Assembly: GCA_040218735.1 (NCBI GenBank)
Contig: JAVJQW010000043.1
Location: 160,001-224,000 of the forward strand
From: Deltaproteobacteria bacterium
GTDB lineage: Bacteria > Myxococcota > Kuafuiibacteriia > Kuafuiibacteriales > Kuafuiibacteriaceae
Reading direction: 5' to 3'
DNA length: 64,000 nt
How positions within the stretch are numbered: the stretch's first letter is position 1; every line of letters starts with the position of its first letter. Below are positions 43,002 to 51,215 of the stretch, piece by piece. The notes under the pieces are model-generated. The model saw only the letters and a program-made list of their open reading frames with translations. It had not been told where the DNA came from and did not search any database. The position numbers and the translations under genes were made by a program.

Positions 43002-44105
43002 CTAGCCGTCCCGAACCCCCCGTCGGTAGGCGAGAATCCAGGCCCAGGCGGCGAAAAGCCCCAGCGCCGAGGCCATCAGCGGGGCCGCCGCCTCCGCCCC
43101 GATCGCCGCCGTCGAGGCCAGGGTCATCGCCACCTCGTCCACGATCCAGGCCGCGAACCCCAGGCCCGTCCCGATCCCGAGGGCCAGCGCCAGCCCCGGC
43201 CGGCGCCCCAGACGCAGGGTGAGTCCGGCCGCGAGGAGGATCGCAAACGCGACCGCGAGCGGGTGCATCCCGCGGCGGTAGAGCTCCAGGCGGTGTAGCG
43301 TCGCCGGCTGACCGAGCCGTTCGCGCGCTCGGGTCGAGGCGTACAGCCGCGCGAAGGGGAGCCGATCCGGATCCCCGACGCTCCGCACGAAGTCCGCCGG
43401 CTCCTCCACGAGGTCCAGCGACAACGTGTCCGCGACCGAGGTCGTCATCGTGGCGCCGTCGAAGCGGCGGTAGAGGACCCGCTCCGCGCGCCACCCGTCT
43501 TCGTAGCGGAGGCGCCCGGCGTCGAGGCGCTCGACGAGGCGCCCGCCGCGCACCGTCAGCATCAAGACGCCGCCGAGCGCGCGGCCTTCGGGGTCTTCGA
43601 GGCGCTCCACGCGGTAGATCCGATCCCGGCCGCGAAACCACATCCGTCCGCGTCGCAGGACGTCGGTGTTGCGCACCGGGAGACCGAGTCGCCGCCGAAG
43701 CCGCGCGGTCGTCGCCTGTGCCTCGGGCACGACCCACTCCGTCACCGACGCGTACAGCGCGGCGAGCACGAGCCCCGCGAGGAGCGCCGGCTTGAGGAGC
43801 GCGGTGGGCCCGGCGCCGGCCGCGAGGAACGCGACGAGCTCCTGTCGACGGGCGAGCGAAGCCATCGCGGTCGACGCGCCGATCAGCGCGCAGAAGATCG
43901 CGATCTGCTGGTAGACGACGGGGAGGTTCGACAGCTCGAGGAGCGCGACGTCGGCGGCGGTCCCCTCGATGTAACCGATGTTGCCGGTCTCGACGAAGTC
44001 GACCGCGATGAACAGCGACAACCCCGCGATGGTCGCGATGGCCACGTGGGCGAGCATGTCGCGCACGATCTGACGCGCGAAGCGGCCGAGCCACGGCGAT
44101 CTCAA
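43002..44105 (-). CDS. lptG: LPS export ABC permease LptG
   Basis: LptF/G-type 3TM + periplasmic + 3TM layout; ELVAFLAAG, EWVVP. Follows lptF; TTG start about 44105. Confidence 0.8.
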   Translation of the reverse strand: MRSPWLGRFARQIVRDMLAHVAIATIAGLSLFIAVDFVETGNIGYIEGTAADVALLELSNLPVVYQQIAIFCALIGASTAMASLARRQELVAFLAAGAGPTALLKPALLAGLVLAALYASVTEWVVPEAQATTARLRRRLGLPVRNTDVLRRGRMWFRGRDRIYRVERLEDPEGRALGGVLMLTVRGGRLVERLDAGRLRYEDGWRAERVLYRRFDGATMTTSVADTLSLDLVEEPADFVRSVGDPDRLPFARLYASTRARERLGQPATLHRLELYRRGMHPLAVAFAILLAAGLTLRLGRRPGLALALGIGTGLGFAAWIVDEVAMTLASTAAIGAEAAAPLMASALGLFAAWAWILAYRRGVRDG

Positions 44106-45232
44106 CGCGGCCTCCCGCTGCGATGCACGCCCCACGCGCCGACCGCGATCGCGATGACGTTCGGCAGCCAGGCGCCGACGAACGACAGCCCGTCGTAGCG
44201 GATCACGACGATGTCGGCGATGCGCGTGAGGAGGTAGTAACCGAGCACCGCGAGCACGCCCAGCACCGCGTTGCGCGCGCGCGTTCGGGGCCCACCGGAG
44301 AGCGCGATGGCGGCGCCGATGAGGCCGAACACCAGCGCCATAGACGGGAAGGCGTAGCGCCGCCAGTACTGTTTGAGGATGCGTCGGCCGAGCGGAGTCG
44401 ACAGCTTCGCTTCGTAGGCCGCGTCGTGCATCTGCTGCATCGTCATCTGCCCGAGCATCGAGACGAAGCGTGCCTTGCGGAACAGGTCGTCGCTCACGTC
44501 GACGCCCATGACGACGCGTTCGAACGACAGCCGGTCGTAACGATCCGCGACGCCGACGAGGCCGAGGTGCATCTCGCCGTCCTCCAGCGAGAACTCGATC
44601 GACTGCGCGTCGATCGTGAACTTCCCGCGCGACGACACGACGAGCATCGGGCGGTCGCGGTTGCGCTCGTCGAAGACGACGACGTCCTCGAGCGAGCCGT
44701 CGTCGTTTCGTTTCGCCGCGTACACCGCGCTACCCACGAAGTCCTCGTTGAAGACCCCGGGTTGGATCGCGCGCGTGAGGTTTCTGAGGCCGACGTCGAC
44801 GAGGCGCCGGTGCAGCATCCGCAGCCCGTACGGCTCGCCGTACATCGCGATCGGAAGACACACGAGGGTCACGGCGATCCCGAGCCCGATGGGCACGCGC
44901 GCGAGGCGCCACGGCGAGGCGCCGGCGGCGCGCAACGCGATCAGCTCGCGGTCCTGCGCCAGTCGCCCCAGGCCGACGAGCACCGCGAGCAGGTACGCGA
45001 TCGGGATCGCGAGGACGAGGAACGGGGGGAGGGCGGAGACGAAGATCACCGCGACGTCGTCGAGGCGCAGCCCGAGGCCGAGCGCCGCGCTCGCGAGGCG
45101 CCGCGCCTGGAAGAGGAACACGACCATCGCCACCGCGACGACCGCGACGAGCAGCGGGAGGAGGATCTCCCGCAGGAGGTATCGGTCCGCGCGGCGCAGG
45201 GGTCCCCGATACCGCGTCGTACGGAATTTCAC
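44102..45232 (-). CDS. lptF: LPS export ABC permease LptF
   Basis: DRYLLREI, LGRLAQDRELIALRAAG, IQPGVFNEDF, AWLPN. Confidence 0.85.
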   Translation of the reverse strand: MKFRTTRYRGPLRRADRYLLREILLPLLVAVVAVAMVVFLFQARRLASAALGLGLRLDDVAVIFVSALPPFLVLAIPIAYLLAVLVGLGRLAQDRELIALRAAGASPWRLARVPIGLGIAVTLVCLPIAMYGEPYGLRMLHRRLVDVGLRNLTRAIQPGVFNEDFVGSAVYAAKRNDDGSLEDVVVFDERNRDRPMLVVSSRGKFTIDAQSIEFSLEDGEMHLGLVGVADRYDRLSFERVVMGVDVSDDLFRKARFVSMLGQMTMQQMHDAAYEAKLSTPLGRRILKQYWRRYAFPSMALVFGLIGAAIALSGGPRTRARNAVLGVLAVLGYYLLTRIADIVVIRYDGLSFVGAWLPNVIAIAVGAWGVHRSGRPR

Positions 45233-45285
45233 GAGTCGAAGTCGCGATTGCCGGGTCGTCGACGTTCGAAGGATGCTCGTCCGGC

Positions 45286-46998
45286 GTGACGCCCTGGTTC
45301 GTGCTGCTCGTCGCCGCGACGTCGACGATCGACGTCGAGATCACGCTCGATCGCGTGGCGCGGATCGAGGTGAGCGGCTGCCGCGACTCCGATCGCGAGG
45401 TCGACGAGCTCCGCGTCGGCGCGGCGGGCGTCACGGCCTGCGCGAAGCGGCGTTGCAAGACGAAGAAACGCGTCGAGCTGTCGTGCACCGACGGCGTCGC
45501 GAAGACCGCCGCCGGGGACAAACGCCTCCCGGAGCGCGTCACGGTCCACGTCGACACCGGCCGCCTCGTCGTCGTCGCGCCGGTGGAGCTCGAGCGATAC
45601 GTCGCGGGCGTCGTGCGCGCGGAGCTGGGCGAGGCGCCGGACGCGGCGCGCGGGGCGCAGGCGATCGTCTCGCGGACCTACGCGATGAATGCGCTCGTCG
45701 CGCCGCGCCACGAACACAGCCACGTCTGCGATCTGACGCACTGCCAGGTCTTCCGCCCGACCGCACGCGTCGCGGCCGAGCCGGGGCGCATCCTCCTCGA
45801 CGACCGGGGCCGCGTCGCCGAGGTGTACTTCCACGGCGCGTGCGGCGGACGGACGATCGCGGCGCGCGAGGCTTGGCCGCGATCGTCGGCGACCGCGCCG
45901 GGGGTCGACGACCGGCGCGAAGACGGTGAGCCGTGGTGCCGCGACGGACGCGCCTCGTGGTCGTACACGATCGACGTCGAAGCGCTCGCCACGCTCCTGT
46001 CGAAGTCGCTCGGCCGCACGCTGGATCCCAAGACCCTCGCCGTCGAAGTCCGAGGCGCCGAGGCGATGGTCGGTGACGAACGCGCGCAGCGTCGTGTCCC
46101 CGCGCGTGACCTCGCGCGCACCATCGCCAAGGCGCGCGGCTGGAACACCGTCGAGTCCTCGCGCTTCACCGTCACACGGCGTGGTCGTCAGGTGCGCTTC
46201 GAAGGGACGGGGCGCGGACACGGCGTCGGGCTGTGCCAGTCCGGCGGGATCGCCAGGGCGCAGGCGGGCTGGACCACCGAGCGGATCCTCGACGCGTACT
46301 TCCCGACGTACGCCGTGCAGGAGGTCGCCGGGCCGCCGCTGCGCGTCGCCACGACCGGAGACTATCCGCCGTTCTCGGAGTCGAAGCCCACCGGCGACGA
46401 GGGCGTCGACATCGACCTCGCGCGGCGGATCGGTGCGCGGTTGAAGCGCCCGGTCGTCTTCGTGCGCACGACGTGGCCGACGCTGATGGCGGACCTCGCC
46501 GCCGGGCGCTACGACCTCGCGCTCAGCGGCATCACCGTGACCGACGCGCGCCGCCGCGTGGCGTCCTTCTCGCGTCCGTACTACCGAGGCGCGAAGCGTG
46601 CGGTCGTGCGGTGCGTGGATGAGGAGCGGCTCGCGTCCCTCGCGGCGATCGATCGTCCGAAGCACCGCGTCGTCGTGAACCCCGGCGGCACCAACGAGAA
46701 GTTCGTCCGCCGCCACGTGAAGAAGGCGAAGATCCGCGTCACGAAGACCAACCTCGAGATCTACGACGTCCTGGAAGCCGGCGGCGCCGACGCGCTGTTC
46801 ACCGACGCCATCGAAGCCGACTACCAGACCAAGCGGCGCGAAGCGCTGTGCATCGGTGCGGGCGGCGAGCGGTTCGATCCGTTCGACATCGCCGCGATGG
46901 CGCCGAAGGGCTCACCGCTCATCGAGGCGGTCGACGCGACGCTCGCCGCGCTCGCGTCGAGCGGCGAGCTGGCGCGGATCTTCGCGCGCCATCAGTGA
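45286..46998 (+). CDS. SpoIID/LytB domain fused to a family-3 solute-binding / cyclohexadienyl dehydratase (PheC)-like domain
   Basis: LERYVAGVVRAE, AQAIVSRTYA, CDLTHCQVF, GRGHGVGLCQSG; then LRVATTGDYPPFS, TTWPTLMADL, NPGGTNE, TDAIEA. Confidence 0.85.
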   Translation: MTPWFVLLVAATSTIDVEITLDRVARIEVSGCRDSDREVDELRVGAAGVTACAKRRCKTKKRVELSCTDGVAKTAAGDKRLPERVTVHVDTGRLVVVAPVELERYVAGVVRAELGEAPDAARGAQAIVSRTYAMNALVAPRHEHSHVCDLTHCQVFRPTARVAAEPGRILLDDRGRVAEVYFHGACGGRTIAAREAWPRSSATAPGVDDRREDGEPWCRDGRASWSYTIDVEALATLLSKSLGRTLDPKTLAVEVRGAEAMVGDERAQRRVPARDLARTIAKARGWNTVESSRFTVTRRGRQVRFEGTGRGHGVGLCQSGGIARAQAGWTTERILDAYFPTYAVQEVAGPPLRVATTGDYPPFSESKPTGDEGVDIDLARRIGARLKRPVVFVRTTWPTLMADLAAGRYDLALSGITVTDARRRVASFSRPYYRGAKRAVVRCVDEERLASLAAIDRPKHRVVVNPGGTNEKFVRRHVKKAKIRVTKTNLEIYDVLEAGGADALFTDAIEADYQTKRREALCIGAGGERFDPFDIAAMAPKGSPLIEAVDATLAALASSGELARIFARHQ

Positions 46999-48383
46999 GT
47001 CGACGCGAAGACGTGTCCCACCGTATGCGGCAAGGTGGGTTGCGGGTTCCCGGAGAAACGACGCTCCAGGCCGTCCACCACACTGTCGAACGCGTCGGGT
47101 GAGACCGCTGTGTCGGAGAGGCGAATGCTCGCCACACCCTCGTCGACCTGCGGGCGCGCCCAGAGGTTCGCGACGACCGTCCCGCCGTCCTTCGTGATCC
47201 GCCGCGCCTGGTCGAACACGTGTTTCATCGACGCCACCGCGGCGTCGGCGGCTTCGGGCGTCGCGAGCGCCGCGGCGCCGACGAAGTCGTCGTAGCCCTG
47301 GTAGCCGCCGTGGGTCTCGGCGATCGCGGTGGTCAGCGGGCCGAGGTGCATCGACCCCGCGACGAACGGGAGGTGCACGGCGTCGAAGGCATCGGTCGCG
47401 AAGTCGACGTCGGTCTGGTGGCGCCCCGCGGCGACCGCCGAGAACCAGTCGCGTGTCACCTCACCCAGCGACGTACCCGAAGCGAGCAACGCATCGGCGG
47501 CGTCGCTCTGCGCGCGAGCGTCCTGGCCCGAGAAGTCCGCGACCTTCACCTTCAGCTTCCGCGCCTGCGGGTGGTGCGCGTACTTGTCCGCGACGGTCCG
47601 TGCGCCCTGCTCGGACAGGTCTGCGACGACGACCTCCCCGACGCGATCCGAAGCGAGGAGATCTTCGAGGGGGGTCTCGTAGCCCGTGACGAGGAGGACC
47701 CGCGCGTCGCGGACGTCGCGATCTTCGAGACCCTCCAGGATCTGCGCGACCCCATACTGGTTATAGGCGTGACGCGTGAGGGTGTTGATGTTGTCGCCGC
47801 CCTCGACGCCGCGCGCCTGCAGGAAGCCCCACTGCGTAGTCATCGCGGAGGACAGTCGCCGACCGGCGGCGGTGTCGAGCAGGGACGTGTCGACGTCGAC
47901 GGGGTAGGCCGTCTTGCGTTTGTCGCCGACGCCCATCTCGGCGTGGACCGTCGTGCCCGGCGGCGTGAACGCGAAGCGCCCGGCGTCGAGGAAGTCCTTG
48001 CTCCCCACCGCTTCGCTCGGGCTCGTCTTCGCGCCCGTCGCATCCCGACCGAGCTGGAAGAGGAAGTCGACGAGCGTCGCGCGGTTCGCCTGCGCGGCCG
48101 TTGCGCCCGGCAGGCGAGCGACGGCTTCGATCTGCGACGCGAGCCCGTGCAGGACCTCGCGGTTGTCCTTCAGGAACGCGTGCGCCTGCGTGCGAAGCGC
48201 GGACGGCGTGAGGTCCGCCGTCCACCGGCCGAGCGCGCCCTGCCACCCGTCGGTCTCGACCCCCTGCGAAGCGAGCGTCTGCGCGAAGTCCGCCGCGAAC
48301 GTCTCGACCTGCGCGGCGTCGGTCTGCCCCGTCGCGAGCGCCGCGGCGACCGCGAGCTCGACCGGGTTCGCGGCGACCCTCAT
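46992..48383 (-). CDS. Hypothetical protein with degenerate class I methyltransferase-like C-terminal domain
   Basis: RVLLVTG, VVVADLS, VKVADFS, FDAVH, RRITKDGGTVV follow Rossmann MTase strand order; helical N-terminal domain. Confidence 0.55.
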   Translation of the reverse strand: MRVAANPVELAVAAALATGQTDAAQVETFAADFAQTLASQGVETDGWQGALGRWTADLTPSALRTQAHAFLKDNREVLHGLASQIEAVARLPGATAAQANRATLVDFLFQLGRDATGAKTSPSEAVGSKDFLDAGRFAFTPPGTTVHAEMGVGDKRKTAYPVDVDTSLLDTAAGRRLSSAMTTQWGFLQARGVEGGDNINTLTRHAYNQYGVAQILEGLEDRDVRDARVLLVTGYETPLEDLLASDRVGEVVVADLSEQGARTVADKYAHHPQARKLKVKVADFSGQDARAQSDAADALLASGTSLGEVTRDWFSAVAAGRHQTDVDFATDAFDAVHLPFVAGSMHLGPLTTAIAETHGGYQGYDDFVGAAALATPEAADAAVASMKHVFDQARRITKDGGTVVANLWARPQVDEGVASIRLSDTAVSPDAFDSVVDGLERRFSGNPQPTLPHTVGHVFASTH

Positions 48384-48736
48384 CGCGCACCTCGTGTCAT
48401 CGCGTGGAGGCGCAGGCCCATCGCGCCTTGGCGGCGTACGAAGCGCGACGCAAAACGATCGAGCAGCGCGATGTCGCCGAAGGTCTGGAGCGGTCGCGCT
48501 TCACCGCCCGCGAGCTGACGCGCGACGCCGGCCTCGTCGAGGAGGAGCGCGGCGTCACACCCGTCGGGTGCGTCGACGCTGCGGCGGAGCGCGGTCGTGT
48601 CGCCGAAGTCCGCGACCCACCACGCGGCGCGTTCCCCGAGGACGCCGACACCGATCCGCCCCCGCAGGCCGGCCGGCCCCGAGTCCGCGGTGACACACGC
48701 GTCGAGCAGCGAGAAGAAGGTGTCGACCACGTCCAC
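48380..48736 (-). CDS. Small hypothetical protein, SCP2-like
   Basis: Fills the gap with overlapping stop/start; WWVADF, DAALLLDE and GDIALL resemble the SCP2 fold. Confidence 0.55.
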   Translation of the reverse strand: MDVVDTFFSLLDACVTADSGPAGLRGRIGVGVLGERAAWWVADFGDTTALRRSVDAPDGCDAALLLDEAGVARQLAGGEARPLQTFGDIALLDRFASRFVRRQGAMGLRLHAMTRGAR

Positions 48737-48739
48737 GCC

Positions 48740-49651
48740 TCAATAGTGCCAGGGGAACTTCTTGTAGTCTTGCGGACGTTTCTCGAGGAACGCGTCGCGC
48801 CCCTCGCGGGCCTCCTCGGTGCCGTAAGCGAGGCGGGTCGCCTCCCCCGCGAAGAGCTGCTGGCCGACCATGCCGTCGTCCGGGAGGTTGAAGCCGTACT
48901 TCAGCATGCGCATCGCGGTCGGGCTCTTGGAGTTGATCAGCTCCGCCCACTCCAGCGCGACGTTCTCCAGCTCCGCGTGGGGCACGACCTTGTTCACCAT
49001 GCCCATCGCGGCCGCCTCCTCGGCGGAGTAGTTCAGGCCGAGGAAGAAGATTTCGCGCGCCTTCTTCTGCCCGACCTGGCGCGCGAGCAGCGCCGATCCG
49101 TACCCGCTGTCGAAGCTGGCGACGTCCGGGTCCGTCTGCTTGAAGATCGCGTGCTCGGCGCTCGCGAGCGTCATGTCGCAGACCACGTGCAGCGAGTGAC
49201 CGCCGCCGACCGCCCACCCCGGCACCACCGCGATCACGATCTTCGGCATGAAGCGGATCAGGCGCTGGACCTCCAGGATGTGCAGGCGCCCGAGCTTCGC
49301 GCGCGCGATGGGGTCGTCGGAGTCGACGCCCGCGTACTGGTAGCCGTCCTTGCCGCGGATGCGCTGGTCGCCGCCGGAGCAGAACGCCCAGCCCCCGTCC
49401 TTGGGCGAGGGGCCGTTGCCCGTCAGCAGCACACACCCGACGTCCGGCGTCTGGCGGGCGTGATCGAGGACGGCGAACAGCTCGTCGACGGTCTGGGGAC
49501 GGAACGCGTTCCGGCAGTCGGGGCGATCGAAGGCGACCCGGACCGTCCCGCCCTCCTTGGCGCGGTGGTAGGTGAGGTCCTTCAGGTCGAATCCCGGCAC
49601 CTGAGTCCAGCGAGAGGCGTCGAACAGCTCGGAGACCATGCGGCGCGTCAT
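48740..49651 (-). CDS. menB: 1,4-dihydroxy-2-naphthoyl-CoA synthase
   Basis: RNAFRP, AFCSGGDQ, LHILEVQRLIR, GGGHSLHVVCD, VGQKKAREIFFL, EGRDAFLEKR. Confidence 0.96.
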   Translation of the reverse strand: MTRRMVSELFDASRWTQVPGFDLKDLTYHRAKEGGTVRVAFDRPDCRNAFRPQTVDELFAVLDHARQTPDVGCVLLTGNGPSPKDGGWAFCSGGDQRIRGKDGYQYAGVDSDDPIARAKLGRLHILEVQRLIRFMPKIVIAVVPGWAVGGGHSLHVVCDMTLASAEHAIFKQTDPDVASFDSGYGSALLARQVGQKKAREIFFLGLNYSAEEAAAMGMVNKVVPHAELENVALEWAELINSKSPTAMRMLKYGFNLPDDGMVGQQLFAGEATRLAYGTEEAREGRDAFLEKRPQDYKKFPWHY

Positions 49652-49718
49652 ACCTTCGTCGTCGGCCTGTCGAAAAGGCTCAACCTGAGCCGAGTATCGT
49701 CCGAAGACACGCCTGGAA

Positions 49719-51215
49719 GTGGTCTACGCGAACCAATTCGGGGAGGAAACCCTGGCAACTCTGCCCGGCACCGTCCTGCCCACGGGCGATCTGCGGCTCT
49801 CGCAGGAGTCCAGCCTCATCGTTCTGTCCGGGCCGAACGCGGGTCAGCGCGTCGAGCTCGACGAGCAGCTCATCATCGGGCGGGGCGAGACGTGCGGGAT
49901 GCGCCTCCTGGATCCCGACATCTCGCGCGAACACGCACGGGTCACGCGCAACCGCGACGGCGCCTACCTCCTCGAGGATCTGCGGAGCCGCAACGGGACG
50001 ATGGTCGACGCCGTCCCGGTCACGCGCCACATGCTGCGCGTCGGCGACCGCATCCGGTTCGGTCGGAGCACGGTCGTCCTGTTCACGAACTTCGGCGACG
50101 TCGAGGATCAGATCCTCCACAAACAAAAGCTCGAGGCGCTCGGCCGCCTCGCGGGCGGCGTCGCGCACGACTTCAACAACCTCCTCGGCGCGGTCCTCTC
50201 GAACGTCGCGTACCTCCTCGAAGAGCAGGGTGAGCTGGAGGCCGGCGAGGTCACGGCCACGCTCGACGACATCCAGAGCGCGGCCCTGCGCGCGGCGGAC
50301 CTGACGCGGCAGCTCCTCGGTTTCGCGCGGAAGGGCAAGTACGAGCACCGACCGACGAACGTGCACGAGCTCGTCGGCGAGGTCGTCAACATCCTCGGGC
50401 GCACGATCGATCCGGCGGTGCGCTTCCACGTGAACGGCGACCCTTCGCTTTGGGTGCTCGGCGATCGATCGCAGCTGCACCAGGTCTTCCTCAACCTGTG
50501 CATCAACGCGCGCGACGCGATGCCGCACGGCGGGAACCTCCGCATCGACACCTTCTGCCGCGACGACTTCGTCATCGTCGAGTTCACCGACGACGGTTGC
50601 GGGATGCCGCCCGACGTCCGCGAGCGGGTCTTCGAGCCCTTCTTCACCACGAAGGACGTCGGTCGCGGCACGGGCCTCGGGCTCGCCACGGTCTACGGCG
50701 TCGTGAAGAACCACGGAGGCGAGATCCACGTGGAGAGCGAAGTGGGACGCGGCACGACGTTCCGCATCTTCCTCCCGCGACACGAAACGCCGGAGCCGAA
50801 GACCGAGGTCGTCGAGATGACCTCACCCGGCGTGGAGCAGACCGTCCTCGTCGTCGATGACGAGCAGCTCGCGCGCCGCGGCTGCGCGCGCAACCTGCGG
50901 AGCGGCGGGTTCAAGGTGCTCACCGCGGAGGACGGCCCGGAGGCGATTCGCCTCTACGAGGAGCACAAGGACCACATCGACGTCGTGCTCCTCGACGTCC
51001 TCATGCCGGGCATGTCGGGCGAGCAGGTCGCGGAGCGTCTCTACGCGATGGACCCACACGTTCGCATCGTCGCGATCTCCGGTTTTGCCGACATGCGCGA
51101 CGCCGATCTTCTGTTTCAGGGGCGCTCGGTCGGGTTCCTGCGCAAGCCCTTCACACCGGTCGGGCTCAACGACACGATCATGCGCGCGCTGCGCAAACCT
51201 ATGAGTCGTCGGTGA
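49719..51215 (+). CDS. FHA-domain hybrid histidine kinase (FHA-HisKA-HATPase-REC)
   Basis: FHA IGR...ISREHA...DLRSRNGT; GGVAHDFNNLL; NLCINARDAM; DDGCGM; FFTTK; GTGLGL; REC VVDDE, LLDV.MP, RKPF. Confidence 0.93.
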   Translation: MVYANQFGEETLATLPGTVLPTGDLRLSQESSLIVLSGPNAGQRVELDEQLIIGRGETCGMRLLDPDISREHARVTRNRDGAYLLEDLRSRNGTMVDAVPVTRHMLRVGDRIRFGRSTVVLFTNFGDVEDQILHKQKLEALGRLAGGVAHDFNNLLGAVLSNVAYLLEEQGELEAGEVTATLDDIQSAALRAADLTRQLLGFARKGKYEHRPTNVHELVGEVVNILGRTIDPAVRFHVNGDPSLWVLGDRSQLHQVFLNLCINARDAMPHGGNLRIDTFCRDDFVIVEFTDDGCGMPPDVRERVFEPFFTTKDVGRGTGLGLATVYGVVKNHGGEIHVESEVGRGTTFRIFLPRHETPEPKTEVVEMTSPGVEQTVLVVDDEQLARRGCARNLRSGGFKVLTAEDGPEAIRLYEEHKDHIDVVLLDVLMPGMSGEQVAERLYAMDPHVRIVAISGFADMRDADLLFQGRSVGFLRKPFTPVGLNDTIMRALRKPMSRR

